Positions 46,428 through 56,626 are shown, numbered from the stretch's first letter. The stretch: 64,000 nucleotides of DNA from an uncultured Candidatus Entotheonella sp. (GCA_965217185.1 OZ244252.1:2976001-3040000); one strand, 5' to 3'. Program-made: numbers and translations. Notes: generated by a model not told the origin, from the letters alone.

Positions 46428-48188
46428 ATGAAATACACGATCTTGGCAGGATTTATCACCGTTTTGGCAACCGCTTTGCTGGGCTGCCCGCCATACTCTT
46501 GGGCGCAGGAAGCGGAAATCCAAACGCTGCGCGAGCAGGTCAACAGCCTGCAAGAGACGGTCAGACAACTCCAGGACACCATTCAGAAGATGCAGCAGGA
46601 ATCGGCTGTGGGCGGTCAAGCACCGCAAGCCCAGGCGGCTCCGCAACAGCAGCCCGCCGCCTCGCCGTTGGACGAGGCTATCGCCGATCTGGATGTCCCC
46701 ACCTCTGCGCCCGCTCCACAGCCCCAGGGTCAGGCCCTGTTGCAGCGGCCGCCCAGCCGCGGGCCGCAACTGCGCCTGATTGACGTGTCCCTGGACGTGC
46801 TGTTGTTCGCCGGCGCGTCCAGCGTGCACGACGAATCCATCTCCACCCTGCAGGGCGGCGGCCATGATCCCAAGACACGCGGTTATACCCTGGGGCAGGC
46901 GGAGTTGTCGCTGTCCGGTGTGGTGGATCCCTACTTCACCGCCGAGGCGCACATCCTGTCCGTGGTCAACCCCACCAGCGGCGAGACGGCCTTCGAGTTG
47001 GAGGAAGCCTTCCTGACCACCACCGGGCTGCCCTACGGTTTGCAACTCGAAGCCGGCTACTTCCTGACCGAATTCGGTATCGTCAACCCACAGCATCCGC
47101 ACGTCTGGGACTGGCTCGACATGCCGGTTGCGAACGCCCGCATGTTCGGCGGCGACGGCATGCGACAGGCTGGCTTCCGCGCCTCGTGGCTGCTGGACAC
47201 GCCGTGGTTCTCCCAGATCCACTTCGGCATGCAGAACGCCAACGGGATCACCATGGGCAGCTTTCTCGGCGGCGAGCTTTTCCATGCCCACGGCGGCGAC
47301 GCTCACGGTGTCGACGAACACATGGAAGATGAGCACGGCAACGACACCGGCCATGACGATGAGATGCACATGACCGAGGAAAACGGCCACGAAGACGACC
47401 ATGATGGTGACATGCACATGGACGACGACAACGGCCATGAGGACGATCATGATGACGGGGTGCACGCAGACGACCCCGGTGAGGACGACGACCACGGCGA
47501 CGACATGCACATGGCTGACGACCACGAAATCGAAGGCGGGCCGGGCATCGGCGGCCGCCCGATCGTCGCGCAGGACGTGCGCAGCCTCAAAGACTTCGTC
47601 TATCTGATGCGCTGGGAGAACGCCTTTGACCTGAGCGACGAGCTGACAGCCGTTTTCGGCATCTCGAGCCTGCTCGGTCCCAATGCCAGCGGGCCCGCCG
47701 GCAGCACCTGGTTGTACGGCGTTGACATGAAATGGCGCTGGACCCCGGCCAACAGTTTCCGCGGCTACCCGTTCGTCACCTGGCAGACCGAGTACATGCG
47801 CCGCCGCTATGAGGCCGCTGCCGCGTCGATGGACGTCACCCTTGAGGACGGCGACACGGAAACCGTCTCCTTCGCCGCCGATACCCTGGACGACTGGGGC
47901 ATGTACACGCAACTCCTATACGGCTTTCGGATCAACTGGGCCACCGGTGTACGTTTCGAGTACGCCAACGGCAGGGGGCTCGGCTACAATCACGGCGGGC
48001 GCGACGGGGACCCCTTCCGCGATAAGCGCTATCGGCTGTCGCCGCTGCTCTCGTGGCGGGCGTCCGAGTTCACCCGCATACGCCTGCAGTACAATTACGA
48101 CCACGCCACCCACCTTGAGGAAGCCGCGCATACCATGTGGCTGGGTTTCGAGTGGCTGTACGGCGCGCATCCGGCCCACCGTTTTTAG
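46428..48188 (+). CDS. Porin-like outer-membrane beta-barrel with N-terminal coiled coil and His/Asp/Met-rich insert
   Basis: Signal peptide, coiled coil, ELSLSGVVDPYF, EEAF, NPQHPH.W, SEFTRIRLQY, C-terminal GAHPAHRF. Confidence 0.75.
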   Translation: MKYTILAGFITVLATALLGCPPYSWAQEAEIQTLREQVNSLQETVRQLQDTIQKMQQESAVGGQAPQAQAAPQQQPAASPLDEAIADLDVPTSAPAPQPQGQALLQRPPSRGPQLRLIDVSLDVLLFAGASSVHDESISTLQGGGHDPKTRGYTLGQAELSLSGVVDPYFTAEAHILSVVNPTSGETAFELEEAFLTTTGLPYGLQLEAGYFLTEFGIVNPQHPHVWDWLDMPVANARMFGGDGMRQAGFRASWLLDTPWFSQIHFGMQNANGITMGSFLGGELFHAHGGDAHGVDEHMEDEHGNDTGHDDEMHMTEENGHEDDHDGDMHMDDDNGHEDDHDDGVHADDPGEDDDHGDDMHMADDHEIEGGPGIGGRPIVAQDVRSLKDFVYLMRWENAFDLSDELTAVFGISSLLGPNASGPAGSTWLYGVDMKWRWTPANSFRGYPFVTWQTEYMRRRYEAAAASMDVTLEDGDTETVSFAADTLDDWGMYTQLLYGFRINWATGVRFEYANGRGLGYNHGGRDGDPFRDKRYRLSPLLSWRASEFTRIRLQYNYDHATHLEEAAHTMWLGFEWLYGAHPAHRF

Positions 48189-48215
48189 GCGGTCCGTCAC
48201 ATGGGAGACAATACG

Positions 48216-49271
48216 ATGGCATATCTACGTTTGACCAGAATTGTGCCGACCGTCCTCGCCGCGCTGGCCTGCCTGTTGGCGGCTGGCTCGCTGGCAGCCG
48301 AACCGCTGCGGGTCTGTGCAACCGTCCCGGGGTTGGGGAGCCTCGCCGAGGAAGTCGGCGGCACCGAAGTCGCCGTAACCGTCTTTACCAAGGGCACCGA
48401 GAGCCCCCACTTCACGGTTCCCAAGCCCAGCTTCGTGAAAGCGCTGAACGTCTGCGACGCCTATGTCCAGGTTGGCCTCGAACTGGAAATCGGCTGGGCG
48501 CCGGCGCTGCTGCAAAACGCCCGCAACGCCGCCGTCTTGCCCGGCGGTGCGGGGTTCATCGACGCCTCTACGGCGATCTCGGCGCTCGGCGTTCCCAGCG
48601 GCACGATTGACCGGTCCATGGGCGACGTCCACCCCGGCGGCAGCCCCCACTACCTGCTCGACCCGCTGAACGGCCTGCGGGTCGCGGCCCTGCTGCGGGA
48701 CCGGTTTTCCACCCTGCGTCCCGAGACTCAGCAACACTTCGCCGGGCGCTACGACGCCTTCCGCCAACGTCTCGGCACCGCGCTGGTCGGCGAGGCACTG
48801 TCCCGCAAGTACGACTTTGAAAAGCTGGCCCTGCTCGCCGAGCACGGGCGTTTGGTGGATTTTCTCGATAGCCAGGGCGAAACGGCGCTGTTCGGCGGCT
48901 GGCTGGCCGCTTTGCGCCCGCATGCCGGCGCCAAGGTGGTCAAGGTGGTGGCCGAACACGATGCCTGGGCCTATTTCTCGACGCGCTTCGGTCTGGAGGT
49001 GATCGCCTTTCTCGAACCCATTCCGGGTGTGCCGCCCACCACTTCGCATCTCGGCGCCATCATCAAACGGATGCGCGCCGAGCAGGTCGGGGCGGTACTG
49101 GCCACCGCCTATTACGATCCCCGGTATGCACGCTTCGTATCCGAAAAAACGGGCGTCGCGGTCGTCGCCATCGCACACCAGGTCGACGCCCGGCCCGGAA
49201 CCGGGGATTACCTGTCCATGACGGACTACAACGTCAGGCAACTGGCGGCAGCTTTGGATGCCGGGCGGTAG
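48216..49271 (+). CDS. Metal ABC transporter substrate-binding protein (ZnuA/TroA/AdcA-like)
   Basis: SPHF, GLELEIGW, GDVHPGGSPHYLLDP, EHDAWAYF, EPIPGVPPT. Confidence 0.9.
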   Translation: MAYLRLTRIVPTVLAALACLLAAGSLAAEPLRVCATVPGLGSLAEEVGGTEVAVTVFTKGTESPHFTVPKPSFVKALNVCDAYVQVGLELEIGWAPALLQNARNAAVLPGGAGFIDASTAISALGVPSGTIDRSMGDVHPGGSPHYLLDPLNGLRVAALLRDRFSTLRPETQQHFAGRYDAFRQRLGTALVGEALSRKYDFEKLALLAEHGRLVDFLDSQGETALFGGWLAALRPHAGAKVVKVVAEHDAWAYFSTRFGLEVIAFLEPIPGVPPTTSHLGAIIKRMRAEQVGAVLATAYYDPRYARFVSEKTGVAVVAIAHQVDARPGTGDYLSMTDYNVRQLAAALDAGR

Positions 49272-49317
49272 AGCATTTTCATGTCTGGTGAACTTGTGAA
49301 AAGGCTAAGGCGGGCTC

Positions 49318-49411
49318 ATGTAGGTCGGATTAGCGCAGCGTAATCCGACGTTCCGCCGCGCTATGCAGACTTCCATTGCCGGATTACGCCTTCGGCTAAT
49401 CCGACCTACAT
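49318..49411. repeat. GTAG-family REP doublet (REPIN-like)
   Basis: GTAGGTCGGATTAGCGCAGCGTAATCCGAC ... CGGATTACGCCTTCGGCTAATCCGACCTAC; second copy at 59490. Confidence 0.88.
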
Positions 49412-49467
49412 CAACGGCTTTATCTGCGGGCCATATAGACTGAAACTGTGTCGTGCAAGGAGCGCTC

Positions 49468-50232
49468 GTGAAGGACATCATCTACCGGGCTTCTGACGTG
49501 GTGCTGGGCTACGGCAGCCACGTCATCCTGCGGGGCGTGAACCTGGAGATTTGCAGCGGCCAGTTCTGGTCTTTCCTGGGACCGAACGGCAGCGGCAAGA
49601 CGACGCTGCTGCGCGGCTTTCTGGGGGAACTGAAGGCGCGGGCGGGCACCCTGGAGGTGCCGCCGCCTGTCGACGGCGTGGCGCCCATCGGCTTTGTTCC
49701 ACAGCGCTGCGAGATCAACCCGACTCTGCCGATCACCCTCGGCGAGTTCGTCGGCCTGGGACTGGTCGGCACGCGGTTGAGCAACGCGGCGCGCCGTGAG
49801 CGCCTGGCGTGGGTGCTGGAGACCCTCTGGCTGCCCGCACTGGCCCGACAGAGCTACTGGACCCTGTCCGGCGGTCAGCGGCAACGCGCGCTCATCGCGC
49901 GTGCCCTCATCCGGCGTCCGCGGGTGCTGATCATGGACGAGCCCACCAACAATCTCGACCTCATCGCAGAAGACGTGGTTCTGAAAGCCCTGACCGATTT
50001 CCGGACCCAGCACCACGCCGCCTGCCTGTTCGTCACCCACGACCTCGGGCTTGCCGAGCGTTATGCCACCCACGTCGGCCTTGTCGCCGAGGGCGGGGTG
50101 GTGGCCGGCGCGCGAGCGGACGTCCTGACCCGGGCCAACCTGGAGCACCTGTACGGCAGGGTACCGCGCGTGCCGACGAGTGCCGCCCTTGGCGAGCCGC
50201 CTCTGTCGCCTGACGCCGGGGAACGCGCATGA
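49468..50232 (+). CDS. Metal ABC transporter ATPase (ZnuC-like)
   Basis: GPNGSGKTT, FVPQ, LSGGQRQR, MDEP, VTHD. Confidence 0.92.
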   Translation: MKDIIYRASDVVLGYGSHVILRGVNLEICSGQFWSFLGPNGSGKTTLLRGFLGELKARAGTLEVPPPVDGVAPIGFVPQRCEINPTLPITLGEFVGLGLVGTRLSNAARRERLAWVLETLWLPALARQSYWTLSGGQRQRALIARALIRRPRVLIMDEPTNNLDLIAEDVVLKALTDFRTQHHAACLFVTHDLGLAERYATHVGLVAEGGVVAGARADVLTRANLEHLYGRVPRVPTSAALGEPPLSPDAGERA

Positions 50233-51080
50233 TTGCCGCTTTTCTCGACTCGTGGGCGCTGTTTCACGACGCCTATCTGGCGGGCTGGCTCATCGGCGTG
50301 CTGCTGTCGCTGGTCGGCGTCTTCGTCGTCGCCCGCGACCAGATTTTCATCGGCGCGGCAGTGTCGCAGGCATCGCTGTTCGGCATCGCCGTCGGCATCT
50401 GGAGCGGCAGCATGCTCGGCGCCGCCGGCTGGTGGGAATCCGAGCTGTTCCACGCCGTCATGGGCGGGCTGTTCGCCGTTCTGGCGGCATTCGTCACCGC
50501 CCGCGCCGCGCACCGCGGCGGCCGCGAAACGCCCGAGGCCGTCACCGGCTGGGTCTTCCTCGTGTCGACGAGCGGCTCCATCCTGCTGATGTCGCAGAAC
50601 CGCCTCGGCATGGAAGAGATCAACCGGCTGCTGTCCAGCACCATCATCGGCGCCCACCGTCAGGACGTGTGGATTTTCCTGGGCCTGACGGCGTTGACCG
50701 GCCTCGTGCTCAGCTTCAAATACCGTTCGGTCGTGCTGATCGCCCTTGAACCCGACATGGCCCGCGTCGCCGGGTTGCGCGTCGGGCTCTGGAACGGCCT
50801 GCTCGCCGCCTGGCTCGGCATTGTCATCGGCTTCGCCATTCACGTTTCAGGCGTCGTCTACGCCTTCGCCAGCCTCGTCCTGCCCGCCCTGATCGCCAAG
50901 AACCTCGGCCGGACGGCCAGAAGCCTGTTCTTCCTGGCTCCCTGTATCTCGCTTGCAACCGACGTCGTTGCCTTCATCCTCGCCAACCACTACGACTTCC
51001 CGCCAGGCCAGACGGCGGCCGCCTGTCTGTGCGCGCTGTTGGCCTGCGTCTGGCTGTTTCGCGCCGTGCGTCCGCGGTAA
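50229..51080 (+). CDS. Metal ABC transporter permease (ZnuB-like)
   Basis: Multi-TM; VGVFVVAR..IFIGAAVSQ, LVLPA, DFPPGQ. Confidence 0.88.
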   Translation: MIAAFLDSWALFHDAYLAGWLIGVLLSLVGVFVVARDQIFIGAAVSQASLFGIAVGIWSGSMLGAAGWWESELFHAVMGGLFAVLAAFVTARAAHRGGRETPEAVTGWVFLVSTSGSILLMSQNRLGMEEINRLLSSTIIGAHRQDVWIFLGLTALTGLVLSFKYRSVVLIALEPDMARVAGLRVGLWNGLLAAWLGIVIGFAIHVSGVVYAFASLVLPALIAKNLGRTARSLFFLAPCISLATDVVAFILANHYDFPPGQTAAACLCALLACVWLFRAVRPR

Positions 51081-51880
51081 GACCGTCCCGCAGCGGGAAA
51101 ACCGCCGCCAAAAAGGCGCTGGGCATTCTCCCACACCACTTCCCTCACCTCTCCCAGCGACACACCTTTGAGACGCGCCGCCTCGGCGGCAAGGCGCGCG
51201 ATCAGGGCGGGCGTGGTGGGTTGACCGGCGAACTCACCGCCGTACGGCCAGGGGCCGTCGGTTTCCAGCAGAAGGTTGCGAAGCGGCGTTGTCCGCACCA
51301 GTTCACGGTCGCGCTCCCGGTAGCAAACCTCCGGCGTCACCGACACAAAATAACCCGCCTCGCAGATGGCCGCGGTTGTCTCCGGGCTGCCCTTGTGCCA
51401 GTGGAACACGACGCCGGGCGGCTCGTAGCGCCGCACGATGGCCAATGCCTTGTCGGCAGCGGCGTGCGGCGCGTGCAGGACGGCCGGCAGGCCCAACTCC
51501 ACGGCGCCCTTCACCAGGGCGTGCAGAAAGGCTTCGTGATGCCGCGCCTGCTCGGCCGTCATAGAACCATCCAGCAGGGCGTAGTGCGGCAGGCCGACTT
51601 CCCCCAAGGCCACCACCCGGTCGCGATGCATCCGCAATTGGGTGAGCACCGCTTCCACCTCCTCCCAGGATGCCTCGGGGCGCTCCGGGTGCAAGCCCAA
51701 CGCCGCCCACACGTGCGCCGGTTGCTGTTGTTGCAGGGCCAGAATGCTGCGATTGGAGGTCAGCCCGGTGCCCGCCGCAACGATTACCTCCACCCCGGCT
51801 TGCTCGCTCTGGCGGCAGACGGCGGCGAGGTCGTCATAGGCGGGGGCATCGAGGTGGCAATGGGTGTCGATGAAGGGCAT
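50990..51880 (-). CDS. tatD: TatD family hydrolase
   Basis: IDTHCHL, LGLHP, GEVGL, VLH, FHW, LLETDGP; 3' end overlaps the permease. Confidence 0.88.
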   Translation of the reverse strand: MPFIDTHCHLDAPAYDDLAAVCRQSEQAGVEVIVAAGTGLTSNRSILALQQQQPAHVWAALGLHPERPEASWEEVEAVLTQLRMHRDRVVALGEVGLPHYALLDGSMTAEQARHHEAFLHALVKGAVELGLPAVLHAPHAAADKALAIVRRYEPPGVVFHWHKGSPETTAAICEAGYFVSVTPEVCYRERDRELVRTTPLRNLLLETDGPWPYGGEFAGQPTTPALIARLAAEAARLKGVSLGEVREVVWENAQRLFGGGFPAAGRSYRGRTARNSQTQANSAHRQAAAVWPGGKS

Positions 51881-51912
51881 GCGCTGTTCCGTGGCATGGC
51901 GAGGCAGGCTGG

Positions 51913-52431
51913 TCATTGCTTCACCAGGGTTACGCTGGCGATGGACCAGCCTGCAGCCGTTCGCTGAAGCTGGAAGCGCAGGCCGCGCTGCCAGAAGAGG
52001 TGGAACTTTTCGGTCACCACCACCCGGCCGCCGCCTTGCATCACCGTGAACAGGTAACTGCGGTAGATGATGCGGTCCGCGCCGGACGGCGCCTCGGCGT
52101 GCTGCAGACGCAGGCGCAACTCCTCGCGGAATGGCTCCACGGCCAATGCCGTCAAGTTCGTTGAGTCGCCTTGGTAGAGCGCGCTGTAATAACTTCGCAC
52201 GGCCAGAAACGGGGTTGAGAGGTCGAAGAACGCCTCATCGGCGGGCAGGGTCAAACGCGTCCAATCGCGGTGCCAAGTGTGGTTCAGAACGATGTCCGTC
52301 AGGCGACCCGCATGCGGCGCGGCGTAGGTGCCAACGACCACAGTTATGATTAAGGCCGCCGCCACGCCCCCGACGATGCGTATGAATTTCAGCCGCGTGT
52401 CGGGCTGTCCTGCAGAGGGATTCGGGTCCAT
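51913..52431 (-). CDS. Hypothetical membrane-anchored protein
   Basis: Single N-terminal TM; ATGA overlap with the tatD ORF. Confidence 0.6.
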   Translation of the reverse strand: MDPNPSAGQPDTRLKFIRIVGGVAAALIITVVVGTYAAPHAGRLTDIVLNHTWHRDWTRLTLPADEAFFDLSTPFLAVRSYYSALYQGDSTNLTALAVEPFREELRLRLQHAEAPSGADRIIYRSYLFTVMQGGGRVVVTEKFHLFWQRGLRFQLQRTAAGWSIASVTLVKQ

Positions 52432-52458
52432 GGGCCGGAGTGAGCCTCCCCTGCAGAC

Positions 52459-53226
52459 CTATTTCAGCCGGTCCTGCAGATCGGCCTTGAATTCCTGCGC
52501 CCGCGCCCACCAGATCGTTTCTTCGGGTAGGGGACGCGCGGCCTCCATGTACTCGTCCCACACGCGCAGGCCCTCGGAGGAGTTCATGCGTTTGTAGACC
52601 ATCCCCAGATTGTAGAGCGCCGCCGGGTAGCCGGGCCGCTTCTGGATGGCCTTCTTATACGCCTGCACCGCGCAGTCGAGCTCGTAGTAATCCATCGTGC
52701 CGTTGGACTCCAGCCCGCGCATGGCATAGGCGTTGCCGCGATTGAACTCGGCCTCGGGATACGTCGGGCGCAGTTCAAGGGCTTCGTCGAAGGCGTTGAT
52801 GGCCTCGCGGTAGCGCTCGCGGTGGAGCAGGGCCGTCCCCAGCGCGTAGTGCGCTTCGGCCCAGCCCGACTGCAGCTCGATGGCCTTTTCAAGGTGTTCG
52901 ATGGCGGCCTGCGGATCGCCCTGCTGCACCAGCAAGGTGCCGAGGTTGAACATCACGAGCGGGTCGTCGGGCTGCTTTTCAAGCGCCTGACGGCATTGCC
53001 CCGCGGCGGCATCCCAGCGTCTGTCCTTGCTGTAAACGATCGCCATGAGCGCATGCGCAGCGGCGGCCGGCGACTCATCCTGAAGCAGAAGGTCGCCGGT
53101 TTCCTCGGCCTCCTTCCAACGTTCCGCCTCGACAAGCAATTGCAACAGCGCCAAGCGCGTCTCGGCGTCCGCTGGGTCGGCCTCCACGGCCTGCTGCAAA
53201 CGGTTAATTTCCGCCTCATCTGCCAT
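52459..53226 (-). CDS. Tetratricopeptide repeat protein
   Basis: Repeated FNLG/YALG/FNRG/YNLG TPR motifs. Confidence 0.88.
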   Translation of the reverse strand: MADEAEINRLQQAVEADPADAETRLALLQLLVEAERWKEAEETGDLLLQDESPAAAAHALMAIVYSKDRRWDAAAGQCRQALEKQPDDPLVMFNLGTLLVQQGDPQAAIEHLEKAIELQSGWAEAHYALGTALLHRERYREAINAFDEALELRPTYPEAEFNRGNAYAMRGLESNGTMDYYELDCAVQAYKKAIQKRPGYPAALYNLGMVYKRMNSSEGLRVWDEYMEAARPLPEETIWWARAQEFKADLQDRLK

Positions 53227-53260
53227 CTTTATATCTCCGTGATGTTTCAAGCATTGTGGT

Positions 53261-53743
53261 TCACAGCGGGTCGCGCCACAGGATGAGGGCGTCCTCGCTC
53301 GGGCGCTGGTAATACTTGGGGCGGACGCCTACCGGGGCGAATCCCAGGCGATAGTAAAGCTGCTGCGCGCCGACGTTCGAAGCCCGCACTTCCAGGGTGG
53401 CGCGGGCGCAGTCGGCCTGCCGCGCCTGTTCCATGGCCTCCGACAGCATGTGCTGCGCGATGCGCTGCCGACGCCAAGCCGGCGCCACGGCAAGGATCAT
53501 GACGTGCATTTCATCCAATACCGCGCGGTAGCCGACGTAGCCGACGATGGTGGTGGGCCGCTTCTCCAGGCGCGCGACCAGCAGTTGGGAAGCCGGACCC
53601 TGCCGCATTTCGGACAGGAACATGGTGTCGGTCCAGGGCATGCTGAAGGATTTGTGCTCGATGGCGAGAACGGCGTCGAGGTCGCCGGCCAGCATCGGCT
53701 CCATCAAGACGCTGGGTTTGCGCGCGGTGGCTGTCCGCATCAC
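53261..53743 (-). CDS. rimI: Ribosomal-protein-alanine N-acetyltransferase
   Basis: IEHKSFSMPW, LAVAP..RRQ, LEVRASN, RPKYY...EDA. Confidence 0.9.
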   Translation of the reverse strand: MMRTATARKPSVLMEPMLAGDLDAVLAIEHKSFSMPWTDTMFLSEMRQGPASQLLVARLEKRPTTIVGYVGYRAVLDEMHVMILAVAPAWRRQRIAQHMLSEAMEQARQADCARATLEVRASNVGAQQLYYRLGFAPVGVRPKYYQRPSEDALILWRDPL

Positions 53744-54414
53744 GCCGCCGCCTGGCTCGGAAAGCGTTCAAGAGCGCCCGTGTCAGTATCGAAGACGTAG
53801 TACTCGTGCTTCAATTCTTCGAGCGAGTAGACGGTGCTGGCGCCGCTGCGGGCTTCGCGGTAGAAGTGGGCGTGGCCGCAGAGCATGACGCGCGGCTGCA
53901 CGGCGTCGAGGATTGCCCGGATGGCGGGCACGCCGTAGTCCGGCTCGCGCCCGTAGCCCAGACCGGCGGGGCAGCCGTGCGCCAGAAACACGTCGATTTG
54001 CCGCAGGGGCAGGCACTTGTCGACGTCTTCACGCACGAAATACGCCAGGCTTTCCGTGGGCCGCGGGTCGGCGGGGTCGAGGTCGTAATACAGATCGTCG
54101 AAGGCACCGTTCAACCCGGCGATGCGCACGGTCTCGGCGCCCTTGGTCAGGGTCACCGCCTCACCCGGCTTGAGGTTGTGGAAATGCTCCAACGGGCGCT
54201 CACCGCTTTCCACCTGCCGCACCACGTCCGGCCAGTCGTTGTTGCCGATGATCCAGTACACCGGGCGAGCAAACGAACGATAGTGGCACATGTCGCCCAC
54301 CTGCAGGAAGGCGTCCACCTGGAGCGTCTCCGTCAACTGCACCGCAAAGTCCACCCCCAACACGTCACTGCCGGGAAGATAACCGTGAATGTCGCCCAAA
54401 ATGCCCAGCCGCAT
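53740..54414 (-). CDS. Metallophosphoesterase
   Basis: GDIHG, VGD, GNND, H, CGHAH. Confidence 0.85.
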   Translation of the reverse strand: MRLGILGDIHGYLPGSDVLGVDFAVQLTETLQVDAFLQVGDMCHYRSFARPVYWIIGNNDWPDVVRQVESGERPLEHFHNLKPGEAVTLTKGAETVRIAGLNGAFDDLYYDLDPADPRPTESLAYFVREDVDKCLPLRQIDVFLAHGCPAGLGYGREPDYGVPAIRAILDAVQPRVMLCGHAHFYREARSGASTVYSLEELKHEYYVFDTDTGALERFPSQAAA

Positions 54415-54637
54415 CGTTCGTATCCTCTTGCATCGGGTGTTTGCCCACCGCACTGCTGCGTAAAGTAACAGAAGCCCTGAAGGGGCTCAACCTTCTTCGC
54501 ACAAGGATTGGGGCGGGGAAAACGGGCATCAGGCTGGATATGCCAGGCATTGCGTTGTATAGTCGCCGCGTTGTCAGGTACAAACCTACCCCCATGAATT
54601 CAGTAGCAGTACATCGAACACGATCAGGAGTTTCGAG

Positions 54638-56332
54638 ATGGCCCGAGAGGGACGCAATGGGCTTGAAGACGTTGCCGCTCAGCATCAAAAGTGGGACACG
54701 GAGGTTGTCGAGCCCGCCTTGGCGCGGTCGCCGGAGCGGCAGGAGGCGTTCAAGACCCTTTCGGGGCTGCCGGTTTCCCGCCTGTACACACCGCTGGACC
54801 GGTCGGAAGACGACTACCTTGAAGACCTCAGCTTTCCCGGCCAGTTCCCGTTCACCCGCGGCATCCATCCGACCATGTACCGCGGACGCCTGTGGACCAT
54901 GCGCCAGTACGCCGGGTTCGGCACCGCGGAAGCCTCCAACCAACGCTACAAATTCCTGCTGGAGCGCGGCCAGAAAGGGCTGAGCGTCGCCTTCGACCTG
55001 CCCACCCAGATCGGCTACGACTCGGACCACCCGATGGCGGCCGGCGAGGTCGGCAAGGTGGGCGTGGCCATTGCGTCGCTGCAAGACATGGAGACGCTCT
55101 TCGACGGCATCCCGCTCGACCGCGTCAGCACCTCCATGACCATCAACGCCACCGCCGCCACCCTTCTGGCGCTCTACATCGCCGTGGCCAAGAAGCAGGG
55201 CGTCGATCCCGCCAAGCTCACCGGCACCGTCCAAAACGACATCCTCAAGGAATACATCGCCCGCGGCACCTACATCTATCCGCCCGGCCCCTCGATGCGG
55301 CTGATCACGGACGTATTCGCCTACGCGCAAGAGGCGCTGCCGCGCTGGAACACCATCAGCATCAGCGGCTACCACATCCGCGAGGCGGGCTCCACCGCGG
55401 TGCAGGAAGTCGCCTTCACGCTGGCCAACGGCATCGCCTACGTCGAGGCGGCGCTCGAAGCCGGGCTCGACGTCGACACCTTCGGCACGCAGCTTTCCTT
55501 TTTCTTCAACGTGCATAACGACTTCCTGGAGGAAATCGCCAAATTCCGGGCGGCGCGGCGGCTGTGGGCCCGCATCATGCGCGACCGCTTTCGGGCGCAC
55601 AACCCACGCGCCCAGATGCTGCGCTTTCACGCCCAGACAGCCGGCAGCAGCCTCACCGCCCAGCAGCCGAACATCAACATCGTTCGGGTAGCCATTCAGG
55701 CCATGGCGGCCGTCCTCGGCGGCGCCCAATCCCTGCATACCAACTCGCGCGACGAGGCCCTCGCCCTGCCCACCGAGGAGGCCGTGCAAATCGCCCTGCG
55801 CACCCAGCAGATCATCGCCCACGAAACCGGCGTCGCCAAAGTCATCGACCCGGTCGGCGGCTCGTATGCCATCGAGGCGCTGACGGACGCCATCGAGGCG
55901 GGCGCGCGCGCCTACATCCAGCAGATCGACGACATGGGCGGCGCGGTCAAGGCCATCCAATCCGGCTTTCCGCAGCACGAAATCCAGCAGAGCGCTTACA
56001 CGTATCAGAAGGAAATCGAGGACAAAACACGGCTCATCGTCGGCATGAACGCCTTTACCATGGAAGAAGACGCCACCCCGCCGATCATGCAAATCGACCC
56101 TGCGCTCGAAAAACAGCAGATCGGCCGGCTGCAAGCCCTGCGCTCGCAACGCGACAATCAGAAAGTGACCGCCGTCTTGCAAACCCTGGAGCAGAGCGCG
56201 CGCGGCACCGACAACCTGATGCCGCCGCTGATCGCCGCGGTCGAGAGCTACGCCACCCTGGGCGAGATTGCCGACACCCTGCGCGGCGTTTTCGGCGAGT
56301 ACCAGGAGCGGGTAGTGCTGAGCGGCGCCTAG
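54638..56332 (+). CDS. Methylmalonyl-CoA mutase, substrate-binding (large) subunit of the split type
   Basis: [48 protein letters not shown]; no B12-binding domain. Confidence 0.93.
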   Translation: MAREGRNGLEDVAAQHQKWDTEVVEPALARSPERQEAFKTLSGLPVSRLYTPLDRSEDDYLEDLSFPGQFPFTRGIHPTMYRGRLWTMRQYAGFGTAEASNQRYKFLLERGQKGLSVAFDLPTQIGYDSDHPMAAGEVGKVGVAIASLQDMETLFDGIPLDRVSTSMTINATAATLLALYIAVAKKQGVDPAKLTGTVQNDILKEYIARGTYIYPPGPSMRLITDVFAYAQEALPRWNTISISGYHIREAGSTAVQEVAFTLANGIAYVEAALEAGLDVDTFGTQLSFFFNVHNDFLEEIAKFRAARRLWARIMRDRFRAHNPRAQMLRFHAQTAGSSLTAQQPNINIVRVAIQAMAAVLGGAQSLHTNSRDEALALPTEEAVQIALRTQQIIAHETGVAKVIDPVGGSYAIEALTDAIEAGARAYIQQIDDMGGAVKAIQSGFPQHEIQQSAYTYQKEIEDKTRLIVGMNAFTMEEDATPPIMQIDPALEKQQIGRLQALRSQRDNQKVTAVLQTLEQSARGTDNLMPPLIAAVESYATLGEIADTLRGVFGEYQERVVLSGA

Positions 56333-56343
56333 GAAGCCAGCCG

Positions 56344-56604
56344 ATGAAATGCCCCAGTTGCAACTACGTCAGCCACGATTACCTGGATGTCTGCCGAAGC
56401 TGCGGCAATGATTTATCGGCTTTCAAGACGGAGATCGGCCTGCGCGTCCGGCCGCCCGGCGTCGTCTTGGACCTGAGCGAGGCCGCGGCGGACCACACCC
56501 AGCCGGCGGTTCCCGGCATCGAAACTGGCGCGCCGGAGGCCATGCCGACCCTTGAATTTGTCGAAATAGAGGATGAAGAACCCAGCGACGGCACCGGCCC
56601 CTGA
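56344..56604 (+). CDS. Small zinc-ribbon protein
   Basis: MKCPSC...CRSCG followed by an acidic tail; not listed separately in the ORF track. Confidence 0.7.
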   Translation: MKCPSCNYVSHDYLDVCRSCGNDLSAFKTEIGLRVRPPGVVLDLSEAAADHTQPAVPGIETGAPEAMPTLEFVEIEDEEPSDGTGP

Positions 56605-56626
56605 TCCCCGCTGCCCTGACGAAAGG

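Noticed and set aside
47283..47525. Repetitive DNA as a possible CRISPR array
   Set aside because: The repeats are degenerate and codon-phased inside a CDS, with no unique spacers or cas genes.
54365..56182. 605-aa minus-strand ORF
   Set aside because: Antisense shadow of the methylmalonyl-CoA mutase gene.
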